64,000 nt of DNA. It comes from Flavobacteriales bacterium (GTDB lineage Bacteria > Bacteroidota > Bacteroidia > Flavobacteriales_C > GCA-002722245). Both the position numbers and the translations under genes were made by a program. The notes beneath the pieces are model-generated. The model made no database searches and was not told the DNA's origin. It saw only the letters and a list, made by a program, of their open reading frames with translations. Location: positions 131,871-195,870 of the forward strand of contig JAHEZL010000001.1 in assembly GCA_023251095.1 (NCBI GenBank). Direction: 5' to 3'. Each line of letters begins with the position of its first letter. Positions within the stretch are counted from its first letter, which is position 1. Below, piece by piece: positions 52,440 to 62,956 of the stretch.

Positions 52440-54335
52440 ATGAAAAAGATTGCATCCCTTATTGTTGCCTTATTTATAGCGAGTCTCTGCTATAGCCAAA
52501 GCGCTATGAAGGATCTTATTCAAAATGAAAAAAAACATTTTGCTGCGGGAGGACTTCCTCAAAATTCAGCCACCAGCAATTGCAACATCATTTATCAGCG
52601 TTGTGAATGGCAGGTTGATCCGGCGGTAAAATTCATCGAAGGAAAAATCACTACTTATTTTATTCCCTCTGCTCCCATTGATTCTATTGAATTTGATTTA
52701 AATGACCAACTCAATGTGGATAGTGTGAAATGGCATTCAATCCAACTCAATTTTTCACAAGCCAATGCTATTTTAAAAATTAATTTCCTTTCAGCTCTTG
52801 CGCAACAGGATTCTTTATCGGTTTACTATTCGGGGGTTCCCGACAGTTCTGGCTTGGGGTCGTTTATACAAAGTACCCACGAAGGTGTGCCGATTATATG
52901 GACGCTGTCCGAACCCTTTGGGGCTAAAGACTGGTGGCCCTGTAAACAAGGGCTGGAGGACAAAATTGACTCGATAGACATAATCGTTACCTGTCCGAAA
53001 AACTACCGTGCCGCCTCCAACGGAATATTGCTAAGCGATGTTGTTTCGGGCAATCAGCGCACTTGTTTCTGGAAGCACCGCTATCCCATTGCTACTTATT
53101 TAGTGTGCATGGCTGTTACCAATTATGCCGTTTTTTCAAAGTATGTTCCTTTTCAAAACAATACGCTGCAAGTATTGAATTATGTGTATCCCGAAGATTC
53201 TGTAAATGCCGTTGCGGGCACCGAACAAATCATTTCACAAATGCAATTGTATGATACGCTCTTCGGTATTTATCCTTTTGCCAACGAAAAATACGGACAC
53301 GCGCAATTCGGCTGGGGTGGCGGCATGGAACATCAAACCATGACTTTTGTAAAAAACTGGAATTTCGAATTGCTGGCGCATGAACTGGCGCATCACTGGT
53401 TTGGCGATAAAGTGACTTGCGCTTCGTGGGAAGACATCTGGCTCAATGAAGGTTTCGCCACGTATTTGAGCGGTATTTGCTATGAACATCTTCAACCAAA
53501 CTATTGGCATTCTTTCAAAAGAAATCTTGTTACTTCCATCACCAGCGAAAAAGACGGATCGGTGAAATGTGATGACATCACCAGCGTAAACAGAATTTTT
53601 GATGGCCGACTCACCTACAACAAAGGCGCTATGATTTTGCATACCTTACGTTGGGTGCTGGGCGACAGTATTTTTTTTAGCGCATTAAAAAAATATTTAT
53701 CAGATGTAAATCTGCAATACGCTTATGCTGTTACCACCGATCTTAAAACACATTTTGAAAATACTTCAGGACAAGATCTATCGTGGTATTTCAATGACTG
53801 GTATTATGGACAAGGTTTTCCGAGCTATGAAATCACGGTTTTAAAAAACACTTCAACAGAAATAACATTTACAGTCGATCAAACTCAATCTCATGCCTCT
53901 GTTTCTTTTTACGAATTACCTATTCCTATTCAGTTTAAAAACAAAACACACGACACCACTCTTGTATTCAATCATACTTTTTCAGGAGAAAGTTTTACTG
54001 CCAACTTAGGCTTCATCGCCGATGAAATTGTTTTTGATCCGGAGGTAAATATCATTTCCGATAAGAATACTGTTTCATGGACACTGGATGAAAATCCCGT
54101 GAATATTTTCCCCAATCCTGCCGGCAGTATTTTAAATATTGAAAGCTCTTTTCCCGGGAAATTTCACAATGCTAAAGTTGACTTTATTGATATGTATGGT
54201 AAAAGCATATACTCCGCTTCATCCAATGCCAACGGCACTTTTGAGCTCAACATCAGTGAGCTGAAAGCAGGAATGTATTTTGTGAAAATTTATTTTGAGG
54301 GAGGAAGTGTGATGAGGAAAATTGTGAGAGAATAA
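52440..54335 (+). CDS. M1-family zinc aminopeptidase with T9SS C-terminal sorting domain
   Basis: 631 aa. Signal peptide, [14 protein letters not shown]...E zinc site, C-terminal Por-secretion beta-sandwich tail (...[14 protein letters not shown]...[11 protein letters not shown]...). Confidence 0.85.
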   Translation: MKKIASLIVALFIASLCYSQSAMKDLIQNEKKHFAAGGLPQNSATSNCNIIYQRCEWQVDPAVKFIEGKITTYFIPSAPIDSIEFDLNDQLNVDSVKWHSIQLNFSQANAILKINFLSALAQQDSLSVYYSGVPDSSGLGSFIQSTHEGVPIIWTLSEPFGAKDWWPCKQGLEDKIDSIDIIVTCPKNYRAASNGILLSDVVSGNQRTCFWKHRYPIATYLVCMAVTNYAVFSKYVPFQNNTLQVLNYVYPEDSVNAVAGTEQIISQMQLYDTLFGIYPFANEKYGHAQFGWGGGMEHQTMTFVKNWNFELLAHELAHHWFGDKVTCASWEDIWLNEGFATYLSGICYEHLQPNYWHSFKRNLVTSITSEKDGSVKCDDITSVNRIFDGRLTYNKGAMILHTLRWVLGDSIFFSALKKYLSDVNLQYAYAVTTDLKTHFENTSGQDLSWYFNDWYYGQGFPSYEITVLKNTSTEITFTVDQTQSHASVSFYELPIPIQFKNKTHDTTLVFNHTFSGESFTANLGFIADEIVFDPEVNIISDKNTVSWTLDENPVNIFPNPAGSILNIESSFPGKFHNAKVDFIDMYGKSIYSASSNANGTFELNISELKAGMYFVKIYFEGGSVMRKIVRE

Positions 54336-54358
54336 ATAAAACAAGCATTTCCCAAGTA

Positions 54359-54480
54359 CGTCATTGCGAAATTTTTGTACTCAAAAATGAAGCAACCTCA
54401 TATTGGTTAAGTAATTAAAAATTAAGAAATGAGCATAATGAGTTTGCTTCATTTTTGAGTACAAAAATTTCGCAATGACG
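54359..54480. repeat. family-1 palindromic element, long form (perfect 37-bp inverted repeat, 48-nt spacer)
   Basis: CGTCATTGCGAAATTTTTGTACTCAAAAATGAAGCAA ... TTGCTTCATTTTTGAGTACAAAAATTTCGCAATGACG. Starts 24 nt after the M1 peptidase stop, at a convergent junction. Confidence 0.9.
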
Positions 54481-54507
54481 AACCGGGTGATGACTTATGG
54501 GGTTGTT

Positions 54508-55101
54508 TCAAATCCCAAAAACCTTTGCAATTGTTTTAACAATGATTTTTAAATCGGTAGCGAAAGATTGTTGATTGATATACTCCAGATTGAGCCGTAA
54601 CTTCTCGGGCAAGATTACTTCTGTATATGTTTTTTCAGGATCGGAGGATTTCCCCAACAATTCATTTTCACTGAAATATTTGAGCGATGCCCAATCGGTG
54701 ATTCCTGGTTTCACCTCCAGCACACGCAATTGTTCAGGGGTATACATATTCACATACTTGCGCACTTCAGGCCTTGGACCAACCACACTCATTTCGCCAA
54801 TCAGCACATTGATGAGCTGTGGAACTTCATCCACTTTTAGTTTCCTGAGATAATATCCCACTTTTGTAATTCTGCTGTCGCGGGCACCTACCGTGATTTG
54901 TCCCGACTTTTCCGAATCGAGTACCATCGTGCGAAACTTAAACATCCTGAAATCCCGGTTTCCTTTTCCCACCCTTGTTTGAAAAAAGAAAACGCCGCCT
55001 TTGCCTGAAAACAAAACCAATACGGAGATGAGAATAAAAAACGGAGAGAATAAAAGCAATGCGAAAAAGGAAAATAATATGTCGAAGAGGCGCTTAAGCA
55101 T
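54508..55101 (-). CDS. bacterial sugar transferase (small PglC/WbaP-C-terminal-type initiating phosphoglycosyl transferase)
   Basis: 197 aa. N-terminal TM helix and PF02397-like core (KRLFDILFS...KFRTM...DEVPQLINV). Confidence 0.8.
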   Translation of the reverse strand: MLKRLFDILFSFFALLLFSPFFILISVLVLFSGKGGVFFFQTRVGKGNRDFRMFKFRTMVLDSEKSGQITVGARDSRITKVGYYLRKLKVDEVPQLINVLIGEMSVVGPRPEVRKYVNMYTPEQLRVLEVKPGITDWASLKYFSENELLGKSSDPEKTYTEVILPEKLRLNLEYINQQSFATDLKIIVKTIAKVFGI

Positions 55102-56311
55102 TCAACACTTTTTCCACCGAAGTGATCACCGCATTCAAAACCGTATCCACCTGTTTATCGGTGAGTCCGTAATATACCGGCAAAGAAATTTCCCGTTTGT
55201 AATTGTCGTAAGCCACCGGATAATTTTGAATGTCATATCCTTTGTTTTTATAAAACGACATCATCGGTACCGGTTTGAAATGAACATTCACTGCAACCTC
55301 CAGTTTAGAAATTTCTTCAATGATTTTATTGCGTTGCTGCTCGGTAATCCCCTTTATTCTCAATGGAAAAAGATGATAGGAAGTAATTTTATATTCTGTT
55401 TCATAAACAGGCAATTGCGCCCATTCATAGGGTGCTAATGTTTTGGTGTAATGATCAAAAATATTTTTTCGGGCCGGAAGATTTTCATCGTCGTAACGCG
55501 CCAATTCCACCAAGCCGATGGCTGCCTGAATATCGGTCATGTTGCATTTGAACCCTGCGGTGATCACATCATATTCCCATGCTCCTGCTTTTGTTTTACT
55601 AAGCGCATCTTTGGTTTGACCATGCAGCGACCAAACACGCAGCAAATCATAAATTTCATTGTTGTTGAAGGGAGCCGGCAAATTCAAAGCAATAGCGCCA
55701 CCTTCAGCAGTAGTTAAATTTTTCACCGCATGAAAAGAAAACACCGATACATCGGTTAAGCTGCCTGCTTTTGTACCATAATACAAAGCCCCGAAAGAAT
55801 GCGCTGCATCGCTGAGAATTAAAATGCGTCCGAGTTTTTTTTGTTCTTCAGAAACAGCCTGAAATTTTTTGCGGACATCTTCCCTCTTCACCAAATCATT
55901 TAAATCATCGTAATCACAAGGGAAGCCCGAAAAATCCACCGGCATGATCACCTTGGTTTTAGAGGTGATGGCCGCTTCCACATTTTTTAAAGAGATATTA
56001 AAATCATTGGCATTCACATCCACAAAAACAACTGTTGCTCCGCAATGCTCCACTACGTTTGCAGTGGCGCAATAGGTATAGGCAGGTACAATCACTTCAT
56101 CACCAGGCCCAACACCAAACCAGCGCAAGATGAGCTCCAGTCCGGCTGTAGCCGAATTCAAACAAAGTGTTGTTGCATTGCCCGAATAATCCGACAATTG
56201 TTTTTCAAACTCTTTTGTTTTCGGTCCGCTGGTAATCCAACCCGACAACAACACCTCCGTTACAGCGTCAGTAGTTTTTTTATCAATTCGTGGAGGAGAA
56301 AATGGAATCAT
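55094..56311 (-). CDS. DegT/DnrJ/EryC1/StrS-family PLP-dependent sugar aminotransferase (PglE-like)
   Basis: 405 aa. Conserved Lys region and overall family similarity. 8-nt overlap with the downstream sugar transferase. Confidence 0.8.
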   Translation of the reverse strand: MIPFSPPRIDKKTTDAVTEVLLSGWITSGPKTKEFEKQLSDYSGNATTLCLNSATAGLELILRWFGVGPGDEVIVPAYTYCATANVVEHCGATVVFVDVNANDFNISLKNVEAAITSKTKVIMPVDFSGFPCDYDDLNDLVKREDVRKKFQAVSEEQKKLGRILILSDAAHSFGALYYGTKAGSLTDVSVFSFHAVKNLTTAEGGAIALNLPAPFNNNEIYDLLRVWSLHGQTKDALSKTKAGAWEYDVITAGFKCNMTDIQAAIGLVELARYDDENLPARKNIFDHYTKTLAPYEWAQLPVYETEYKITSYHLFPLRIKGITEQQRNKIIEEISKLEVAVNVHFKPVPMMSFYKNKGYDIQNYPVAYDNYKREISLPVYYGLTDKQVDTVLNAVITSVEKVLNA

Positions 56312-56324
56312 AGTTTCTGTTTTT

Positions 56325-57395
56325 TTATTTCAACAATGAATTGACAATTGTTTCTCCTGCTTTTCCGCCACCATATAAAGAAGCATCAAAAGTTGATTTT
56401 TTGTTCAGCATCTGCTCCACTCCTGCCACAATTTTTTGAGTGTCGGCACCCGCCAAAACATTGGCACCGGCTTTTACCAGCTCCACCCATTCGGTTTCAT
56501 CGCGCATGGTCACACAATTTTTATCAAAGAAGTAAGCTTCTTTTTGCAAACCGCCTGAATCGGTTACCACCAATGAACATTTTTTAAGCAATTCAATCAT
56601 ATCGAAATAACCCACCGGCGGAATAACAATGCAATTGAGTTTCAAGCCCATTTTTTGAATCACGCCTGTAGTGCGCGGATGCAAAGGAAGAACAACAGGA
56701 ATTTTTTCATTGATTTGATTGATGGCTTCTACAATGTTTTTCAAACGTATAGGGTCGTCCGTGTTTTCCTGACGGTGAATAGTGGCCAGTATGAATTTAT
56801 TCAATTTTTGATCCGCTACAATACTAGATCTTTCTTCCGAAAAAGAAGCGTAGTACAAAGCCGCATCCTGCATAACATCTCCGCTTAGGATTACTTCGGC
56901 GCCAATATTATCATATCCTTCTCTTTTCAGATTTTCTATTGCAGTAGAGGTTGGAGCAAATAACTTATCGGAAATTCTATCGGTTAAAATTCTGTTTATT
57001 TCTTCAGGCATTCTCATGTTGAAACTTCTTAAACCCGCTTCAACGTGCGCAACTTTGATGTGTATTTTTTTTGCTGCCAAGGCTCCGGCAATGGTTGAAT
57101 TGGTATCGCCGTAAACGAGCAAATAATCAGGTTTTTCTTTCAGAAGCACCTCCTCTATTCCTTGCAGCATCTGGCCGGTCATAGCGCCATGCCCGAGGCC
57201 GTTGATGTTTAAATTGTATTTAGGAGTGGGAATGTCCATTTCCGTAAAAAAGATATCCGACATTTTTTCGTCGTAATGCTGTCCGGTGTGCAACAACACT
57301 TCCGAAATATCACTTCTGTTTTTAATAATTCTTGATAGCACGGCGGCTTTAATAAATTGCGGACGGGCACCGATAACGGTCAATATTTTAAGCAT
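56325..57395 (-). CDS. wecB: UDP-N-acetylglucosamine 2-epimerase (non-hydrolysing)
   Basis: 356 aa. MLKILTVIGARPQFIKAA N-terminus and HVEAGLRS motif. Confidence 0.85.
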   Translation of the reverse strand: MLKILTVIGARPQFIKAAVLSRIIKNRSDISEVLLHTGQHYDEKMSDIFFTEMDIPTPKYNLNINGLGHGAMTGQMLQGIEEVLLKEKPDYLLVYGDTNSTIAGALAAKKIHIKVAHVEAGLRSFNMRMPEEINRILTDRISDKLFAPTSTAIENLKREGYDNIGAEVILSGDVMQDAALYYASFSEERSSIVADQKLNKFILATIHRQENTDDPIRLKNIVEAINQINEKIPVVLPLHPRTTGVIQKMGLKLNCIVIPPVGYFDMIELLKKCSLVVTDSGGLQKEAYFFDKNCVTMRDETEWVELVKAGANVLAGADTQKIVAGVEQMLNKKSTFDASLYGGGKAGETIVNSLLK

Positions 57396-58599
57396 TGGTA
57401 TTAATTTTTGAAAGCATTAAAAAACAATAGAAAAAACAAAAGTAAATTATTCCGGCTTCAGTTTCTAACATAGATTCTGTTGCGAAACCAATTGAAACAA
57501 TGAGCAGAAAAGCCAGAAAAATCAAATCTCTGCTTTTCCACGATTGATAAAATCCTTGCACCAGCAAGTACAACAACAAAATAAATCCGACAACACCTAT
57601 GGCCAAAGCTATTTGTAAAAACTCATTGTGCGCATTATATTTTTTTTCAAGCTCATAGGGCATAGCATGCGTTTCATAACTTGCATAAAGCGCGTTATTG
57701 GCTTCTCCCCCATAACCTGCCAGTGGTTTTTCGGCAATCAAATCAATAGCTCTTTTCCAAATCAGTTTTCGGGAAGAAGTGGTATCTGAGTACTTGGGAT
57801 TTTCTTTTAAAGAGCTGATAAAAGTGTCGATTCTTTCTTTTAAAACAGGTAAAGAAAAATAGGCCAGCAAAGCGATGGCGGCTACTATTATCAAGGATAA
57901 AAATCCTTTTTTCCATTGACCTGTGGATTTCATATAAATCCCAATGAAAATAAGTGCTATCACAACAATTGCAATGAGCGAAGCCTTAGCGGATAAAAAG
58001 AGTATTCCCACCGCTAAAAGCATGATTGAAAACAACAAAAGCATTTTTATTTTTCGGGAAAAATCCTCAAACAGCAAAAAATACAAAGCCGCGGCAAAAG
58101 CCAGACTCAGATACATGGCATAATATCCCGCATGAATGAAATAGGATAATTTATAGTAAAAAAGAAAGGAGCTGTCACCCGTTGCATTATAGCGATACAA
58201 GCCTACTGCGTAACAAAACAAAATACTGAGTACACAGGAAGTGATGTATACAAAAAACACTTTTTTATAAATTTTACTCCAGTCGGTTGTAGCGTAAAGA
58301 AAAATCAAAGGAAAAAGAAAAAGCGAAATTTTCTGCTCTATTTCAAAGGAATATTTGCCTTGAACTGCAATTCTCAAAACATACAAAACATAAATGGCGG
58401 CCATCGCGAAAAGTGTTTTGTCGCTTTTAATTCTTTGCTTGAACAAAGTAAAACTGCCTGTAAATAAAATCGACAAGGCCAAAGCATACAAGGCAAAAAC
58501 AGCAATGTGTTTATGAAAAGGGAAAATAATTAAAAACAGAAATAGAAATATTTCGCTTACGGAAAGAGAACTCAAATATTTCGATCGACTGTTTTCCAT
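57388..58599 (-). CDS. O-antigen ligase/polymerase family membrane protein (Wzy/WaaL-like)
   Basis: 403 aa, about 10-12 TM segments with a large loop typical of Wzy_C proteins. Confidence 0.6.
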   Translation of the reverse strand: MENSRSKYLSSLSVSEIFLFLFLIIFPFHKHIAVFALYALALSILFTGSFTLFKQRIKSDKTLFAMAAIYVLYVLRIAVQGKYSFEIEQKISLFLFPLIFLYATTDWSKIYKKVFFVYITSCVLSILFCYAVGLYRYNATGDSSFLFYYKLSYFIHAGYYAMYLSLAFAAALYFLLFEDFSRKIKMLLLFSIMLLAVGILFLSAKASLIAIVVIALIFIGIYMKSTGQWKKGFLSLIIVAAIALLAYFSLPVLKERIDTFISSLKENPKYSDTTSSRKLIWKRAIDLIAEKPLAGYGGEANNALYASYETHAMPYELEKKYNAHNEFLQIALAIGVVGFILLLYLLVQGFYQSWKSRDLIFLAFLLIVSIGFATESMLETEAGIIYFCFFYCFLMLSKINTNA

Positions 58600-59615
58600 T
58601 ATCTGCTCAGGGATTTATGTTTTTTCTCAGGTTTCTTTTTAAGTACCACGAAGTTCAGCACTCCTTTTAAATAACCCGAACCATAACTAAAGTGCAAGAT
58701 AAAGAATGTTGCCGCCACCTTTATTATTTTTCGAAAGTTGAAGCCCACCATACGCGCCGCAAAAAGACAGGCCGATAAAACATACAAACACATGGCAGCT
58801 CCCCACAACAAATTGATTTCGGGAGAAAACAGCGAACCCGCAACACCAAGGATAAACCCGGCTACAAAAAGCGGCGGAATTAATTGTCGGCCGCTGGTTA
58901 CAGCGCCATGCTTTTTATTCACAAAAACCTTCCAGTAACCGTATTGAAAATACTGGCGGTATAATTTAGCATAAGAAGCCCGCACGTAATATTTGGAACG
59001 TATTTTTTGAGAAAGGTAAATTTTAAATCCGCCTTTGATCACTCTGAAATTAAATTCATCGTCCTGGTTTCTCACTAGTTCTTCATCGAAATAGCCCACT
59101 TTTTCAAACACCTCTTTTTTGTAAGCACCAAATGCAACAGTATCTACAAAACCTTCTTTGGTGCCGGTGCGAAAATGCGCGTTACCCACACCAAAGGGCG
59201 ATGACATTGCTGTTGCTATAATTTCAGATGCTGCATCTTCATTCACCTGCTCAATGATGCCTCCGGTACAACCAATTCTTTCATCTATCTTAAATGCCTC
59301 TACCGAGTTTTGTATAAAATCAGGATAGATTTCGGCGTGGGCACCTAAAATAAAATACACATCGACTTGCGCTGCTTTTATACCGGCATTCAAAGCTATT
59401 GGCGTTACAGATGCTTTATTGTTGAGCAAATAAATAAAAGGAAAATCGGCAGCATACCGGGATACAATAGAGCGGGTATTATCGGAACTCATTCCATCCA
59501 CTACAAAAACTTTTAGCAAATCCTTTGGATAATCACAGCCAATGATAGAATCCAAACATTTGGAAATGTATTTTTCTTCGTTGAGACAGGGTATGGTGAT
59601 AGAAACCTTTGTCAT
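58599..59615 (-). CDS. glycosyltransferase family 2
   Basis: 338 aa. N-terminal GT-A fold (ITIPCLNEE..., DxD region) plus C-terminal TM segments. Confidence 0.75.
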   Translation of the reverse strand: MTKVSITIPCLNEEKYISKCLDSIIGCDYPKDLLKVFVVDGMSSDNTRSIVSRYAADFPFIYLLNNKASVTPIALNAGIKAAQVDVYFILGAHAEIYPDFIQNSVEAFKIDERIGCTGGIIEQVNEDAASEIIATAMSSPFGVGNAHFRTGTKEGFVDTVAFGAYKKEVFEKVGYFDEELVRNQDDEFNFRVIKGGFKIYLSQKIRSKYYVRASYAKLYRQYFQYGYWKVFVNKKHGAVTSGRQLIPPLFVAGFILGVAGSLFSPEINLLWGAAMCLYVLSACLFAARMVGFNFRKIIKVAATFFILHFSYGSGYLKGVLNFVVLKKKPEKKHKSLSR

Positions 59616-60703
59616 AAGCTATTGTACAGTTCTAATAATTTCTTCTCTTCTATCTTCCAGTTGTATTTTTCCATTACTGCTTTTTTTCCGTTAATTCCCA
59701 TTTGCTCCGCATCTTTGTTCTGAGACAGTATATTCTTTACAGCATTCGCAATTTCTTTAGGATTTTGAGGATCAACGCAAATACCACAGTGATTCAGCTC
59801 AACTATCTCTTTCCATAAAGGAAAATCGGAAGCCACTACAGGAATACCCGCGCTCATGTACTCAAACATTTTAATAGGCAGAGAATCCAAATAATTATCC
59901 TGAGGATGCAGCGTGACTATTCCGACTTTAGAAGAAGACAAAATTTCATAAATTTTTTCACGCCCTACAAAACCAAAATCATTCACATTTTGCCATCCAG
60001 GCAATTGCATTAATTCCTGCTTTAATTCCAGCGGAGAATATTCTCCTGCCATATTTAATTTAGCAGGAATGCCATCCATCGCCTTCACCAACTCTACCAC
60101 ACCTCTTACTTTTGTGATTCCACCAACGTAACACAGTTCTTCTTTTTTTGCATTCCAATCGGTTGAAACAAACTGTTCTCCTATGATAGGATAATTACAA
60201 ATATCAATACAGTTTTTATTGCTTTTTAAAAAGCGTTCTCTAATATGCGGTGTAGCTGCAACAATAAAATCCATCCTGCGGGCAACATAATTTTCAAAAA
60301 TCTCAAATGCAGAAGCAATACTTTTTCTCAGATACTTATTGATCCAATATTTCCCTAGTATTTGTCGGGGAACATCTTCATGCACATCATAAATCACTTT
60401 TTTGCCTTTGCGTTTTAATGCCAATGCAAATCGCAAAAGCTCAGGATCGTGAAAATGATACACATCGGCCTCTATCGTCAATACCTCTTGAAAAACAGCT
60501 TTTGCCGCTTTCGACATTCTTGAAAAACGCCCCCCTACCGAAACCTCAACTCCAATCACTTTCACTCCGTTAATTGTTTCTGTTTTGCAGTTTGCTGCAA
60601 CTAAGGTCACATCATGTCCGGCAGAAGCCAAAGAGCTGCATTCTTTCAAAAAGATGCGAACATCATTGCTCTTATGAGCAGAGGTATATTGACAGATTTT
60701 CAT
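59612..60703 (-). CDS. glycosyltransferase family 4 (GT-B, group 1)
   Basis: 363 aa. C-terminal EX7E-like motif region (..FEYMSAGIPVVAS..). Confidence 0.75.
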   Translation of the reverse strand: MKICQYTSAHKSNDVRIFLKECSSLASAGHDVTLVAANCKTETINGVKVIGVEVSVGGRFSRMSKAAKAVFQEVLTIEADVYHFHDPELLRFALALKRKGKKVIYDVHEDVPRQILGKYWINKYLRKSIASAFEIFENYVARRMDFIVAATPHIRERFLKSNKNCIDICNYPIIGEQFVSTDWNAKKEELCYVGGITKVRGVVELVKAMDGIPAKLNMAGEYSPLELKQELMQLPGWQNVNDFGFVGREKIYEILSSSKVGIVTLHPQDNYLDSLPIKMFEYMSAGIPVVASDFPLWKEIVELNHCGICVDPQNPKEIANAVKNILSQNKDAEQMGINGKKAVMEKYNWKIEEKKLLELYNSL

Positions 60704-61734
60704 ATTCGCGGAGAAAGCAGTTTATCGTACAATGAAAAAAACTTCTTTTTATTTGCCTCTTTTGTCCCGTGCTCCTCAATAATTTTTTTATTGAGAACAG
60801 ATGCCTTTGCGACATCTGTTTTTACTGCTTCCGAAAAAAAGTCGGAATTGATATTTTCAACAACATAGCCGTTTTCCTTATCATTGATCCATTCACGATT
60901 TGCGGGCAAACCAGATACCACCGGCAAACACCCGCAAGCCATTGCCTCCAATAAACTAATAGCCGTAGCATCACTCTCAGGAACCGAAACAAAAATTTTC
61001 GCTTTGGAATACCACTGGGCATTTACCTTTTTATCTACCCAACCCACAAATTCAGCTTTCACATTCAAGAGCTTCGCCAGCGATTTTAAGCTCTCGGTTT
61101 CTTCTCCGGTTGCAGCAATAACCAATCGCCAGTTTTGTTGCTCCGGAAATTTTGAAAACGCATGGATAACCTTATCAATCCTGTATAATTTTTTATGCAG
61201 ACGATTGGAATAAATAATGTTTTCTTTTTCAGCATTCACCGGCTCTATGCCTATTCCGAAATTAGCGATAAGAATATCCAACTTTTTCTCAGGAGAAAGT
61301 CTACGCATTTCTTCAGCCATAAACTTTGAATCGGAAGTAAATGCATCTGCATTTTTTAAATTGTACTGAACCATTTTCTTCAACCAAAAACTTTTACCGG
61401 GCGATAAAAGAATATCGCTTCCCCAGGCTGTTACTATTTTTGGTGCAGAATAATTTTTCAATCCCCTCAATGCGTAAAAAGCATAAGAGTTGGCCTGATG
61501 AATATGAATGATATCGGGTTTAAATTCTTCCGCGATCTTTCTTATTTGAGAAGGTGTTTTGAAATAAGTGGAAATATTTTTGAGGGAAAAATCCAACTCG
61601 ACAGCATCAAAATCCCAGTCTTTATTTTTTTTATTGGTGATTACTTTGATCTCACTAAAATAAGGCGCTATCAGCTTATAAAAATTATAGGCATGGGCAG
61701 TCCCCGAGGATATGAGTAAAAGCCTAGGCTTCAC
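60700..61734 (-). CDS. glycosyltransferase family 4 (GT-B, group 1)
   Basis: 344 aa. Conserved C-terminal GT-B region (..LLEAMACGCLPVVS..). Confidence 0.75.
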   Translation of the reverse strand: MKPRLLLISSGTAHAYNFYKLIAPYFSEIKVITNKKNKDWDFDAVELDFSLKNISTYFKTPSQIRKIAEEFKPDIIHIHQANSYAFYALRGLKNYSAPKIVTAWGSDILLSPGKSFWLKKMVQYNLKNADAFTSDSKFMAEEMRRLSPEKKLDILIANFGIGIEPVNAEKENIIYSNRLHKKLYRIDKVIHAFSKFPEQQNWRLVIAATGEETESLKSLAKLLNVKAEFVGWVDKKVNAQWYSKAKIFVSVPESDATAISLLEAMACGCLPVVSGLPANREWINDKENGYVVENINSDFFSEAVKTDVAKASVLNKKIIEEHGTKEANKKKFFSLYDKLLSPRI

Positions 61735-62947
61735 TGTTTACAATTTTATGGAGGTTAGCAAAAAATAGGGCGGCCATTAAACAATAAATCAATAAAAGAT
61801 TTTGATCACTAAATGGATTATTGGTAATGGATGCAATTATAAAAACCAAAGTATATAAAAATAAATTCAGCGCCTCTTTGTGTTTTAAGTATTTATAGGT
61901 GACGCGGAAAGGATAAGCCATTATCGACAGCAGCACCAATAATCCGGCAAAACCATAACGCCAGCAATACAAAACATATTCACTCTCAGGATATAATTTT
62001 CTGCTGTAAAAAAAATCTTTTGAAGGAGCATAACCCAGTAAAGGTTTTTCTTTAATCATCTCCCATAAATACAGCCAGATGGCCAATCGCCCTTTTACCG
62101 AATTTGTTTTCACCACTCCCTTGCCCAGCACAGTAACATAAGTATTACCCATTTTAACAACAAAGAAAAACAAAAGCAAAACCGGGATGAAAGTGATAAG
62201 ATATTCTTTCCATTGGTATTGGTTGTTTAAAGCCAGAATTAGACACACCGGAACGAAGGCAATCAATGCGGTTCTCGACTGCGCCGAAAACAAACCCAAA
62301 ACGGCTAAAAGGAAAAATATTTTTTCGGTTATAGTAGATTGCTTTACCGGAAAAAAGAAAATCACAAAAAACAGAAAGAGAATAGCATTATTGTTTGGAT
62401 TAGAAGCCGTGCCCACTATACGCTTCGTTGCCTCTCCACCTTCCGAATCAAAACCAAAAAAAATGATATGTGTTTCCGAACAATAATAAGGCATGATCTT
62501 ATTGTTAAAATCCATCCAGTTGAAATAGTGCAGCACATTAAATGCACATACCAAAACAAAAACCAATCTTACAATGAACACGATATTGATCTGATCAATG
62601 TAGGCTGTCAGAAACAATAGGAAAATCAAATATTTAAACACTTTAAAGACTTCAAAATAATCATTCAAAAAACCTAAACGGCCATTTACCGCAATCGATA
62701 AAAACATTACTCCCAGCAGTAAACCCCAAAACAAAACATAAGTGCTTATTTTTTTAAAAGCCGCTTGCGGAAATTTCAACAGCAACAACAAACAAATAAA
62801 AGGAAGCATAATTTCGGCAACCTGAATCTTGGGAAGTGATGGTACTATAGGAAGCGGAGGCAACAGAAAAACAGAAAATATAAAAATGCAGGTAAGGACT
62901 TGTGCCGATTTATTTATGAACTGCTGTGACTGAAAATTCAAATCCAT
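61724..62947 (-). CDS. O-antigen/oligosaccharide-unit polymerase-like polytopic membrane protein (Wzy-like)
   Basis: 407 aa, 10 or more TM segments, no soluble domains. Placed between the glycosyltransferases and the flippase. Confidence 0.55.
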   Translation of the reverse strand: MDLNFQSQQFINKSAQVLTCIFIFSVFLLPPLPIVPSLPKIQVAEIMLPFICLLLLLKFPQAAFKKISTYVLFWGLLLGVMFLSIAVNGRLGFLNDYFEVFKVFKYLIFLLFLTAYIDQINIVFIVRLVFVLVCAFNVLHYFNWMDFNNKIMPYYCSETHIIFFGFDSEGGEATKRIVGTASNPNNNAILFLFFVIFFFPVKQSTITEKIFFLLAVLGLFSAQSRTALIAFVPVCLILALNNQYQWKEYLITFIPVLLLFFFVVKMGNTYVTVLGKGVVKTNSVKGRLAIWLYLWEMIKEKPLLGYAPSKDFFYSRKLYPESEYVLYCWRYGFAGLLVLLSIMAYPFRVTYKYLKHKEALNLFLYTLVFIIASITNNPFSDQNLLLIYCLMAALFFANLHKIVNSEA

Positions 62948-62956
62948 TCTTATTTA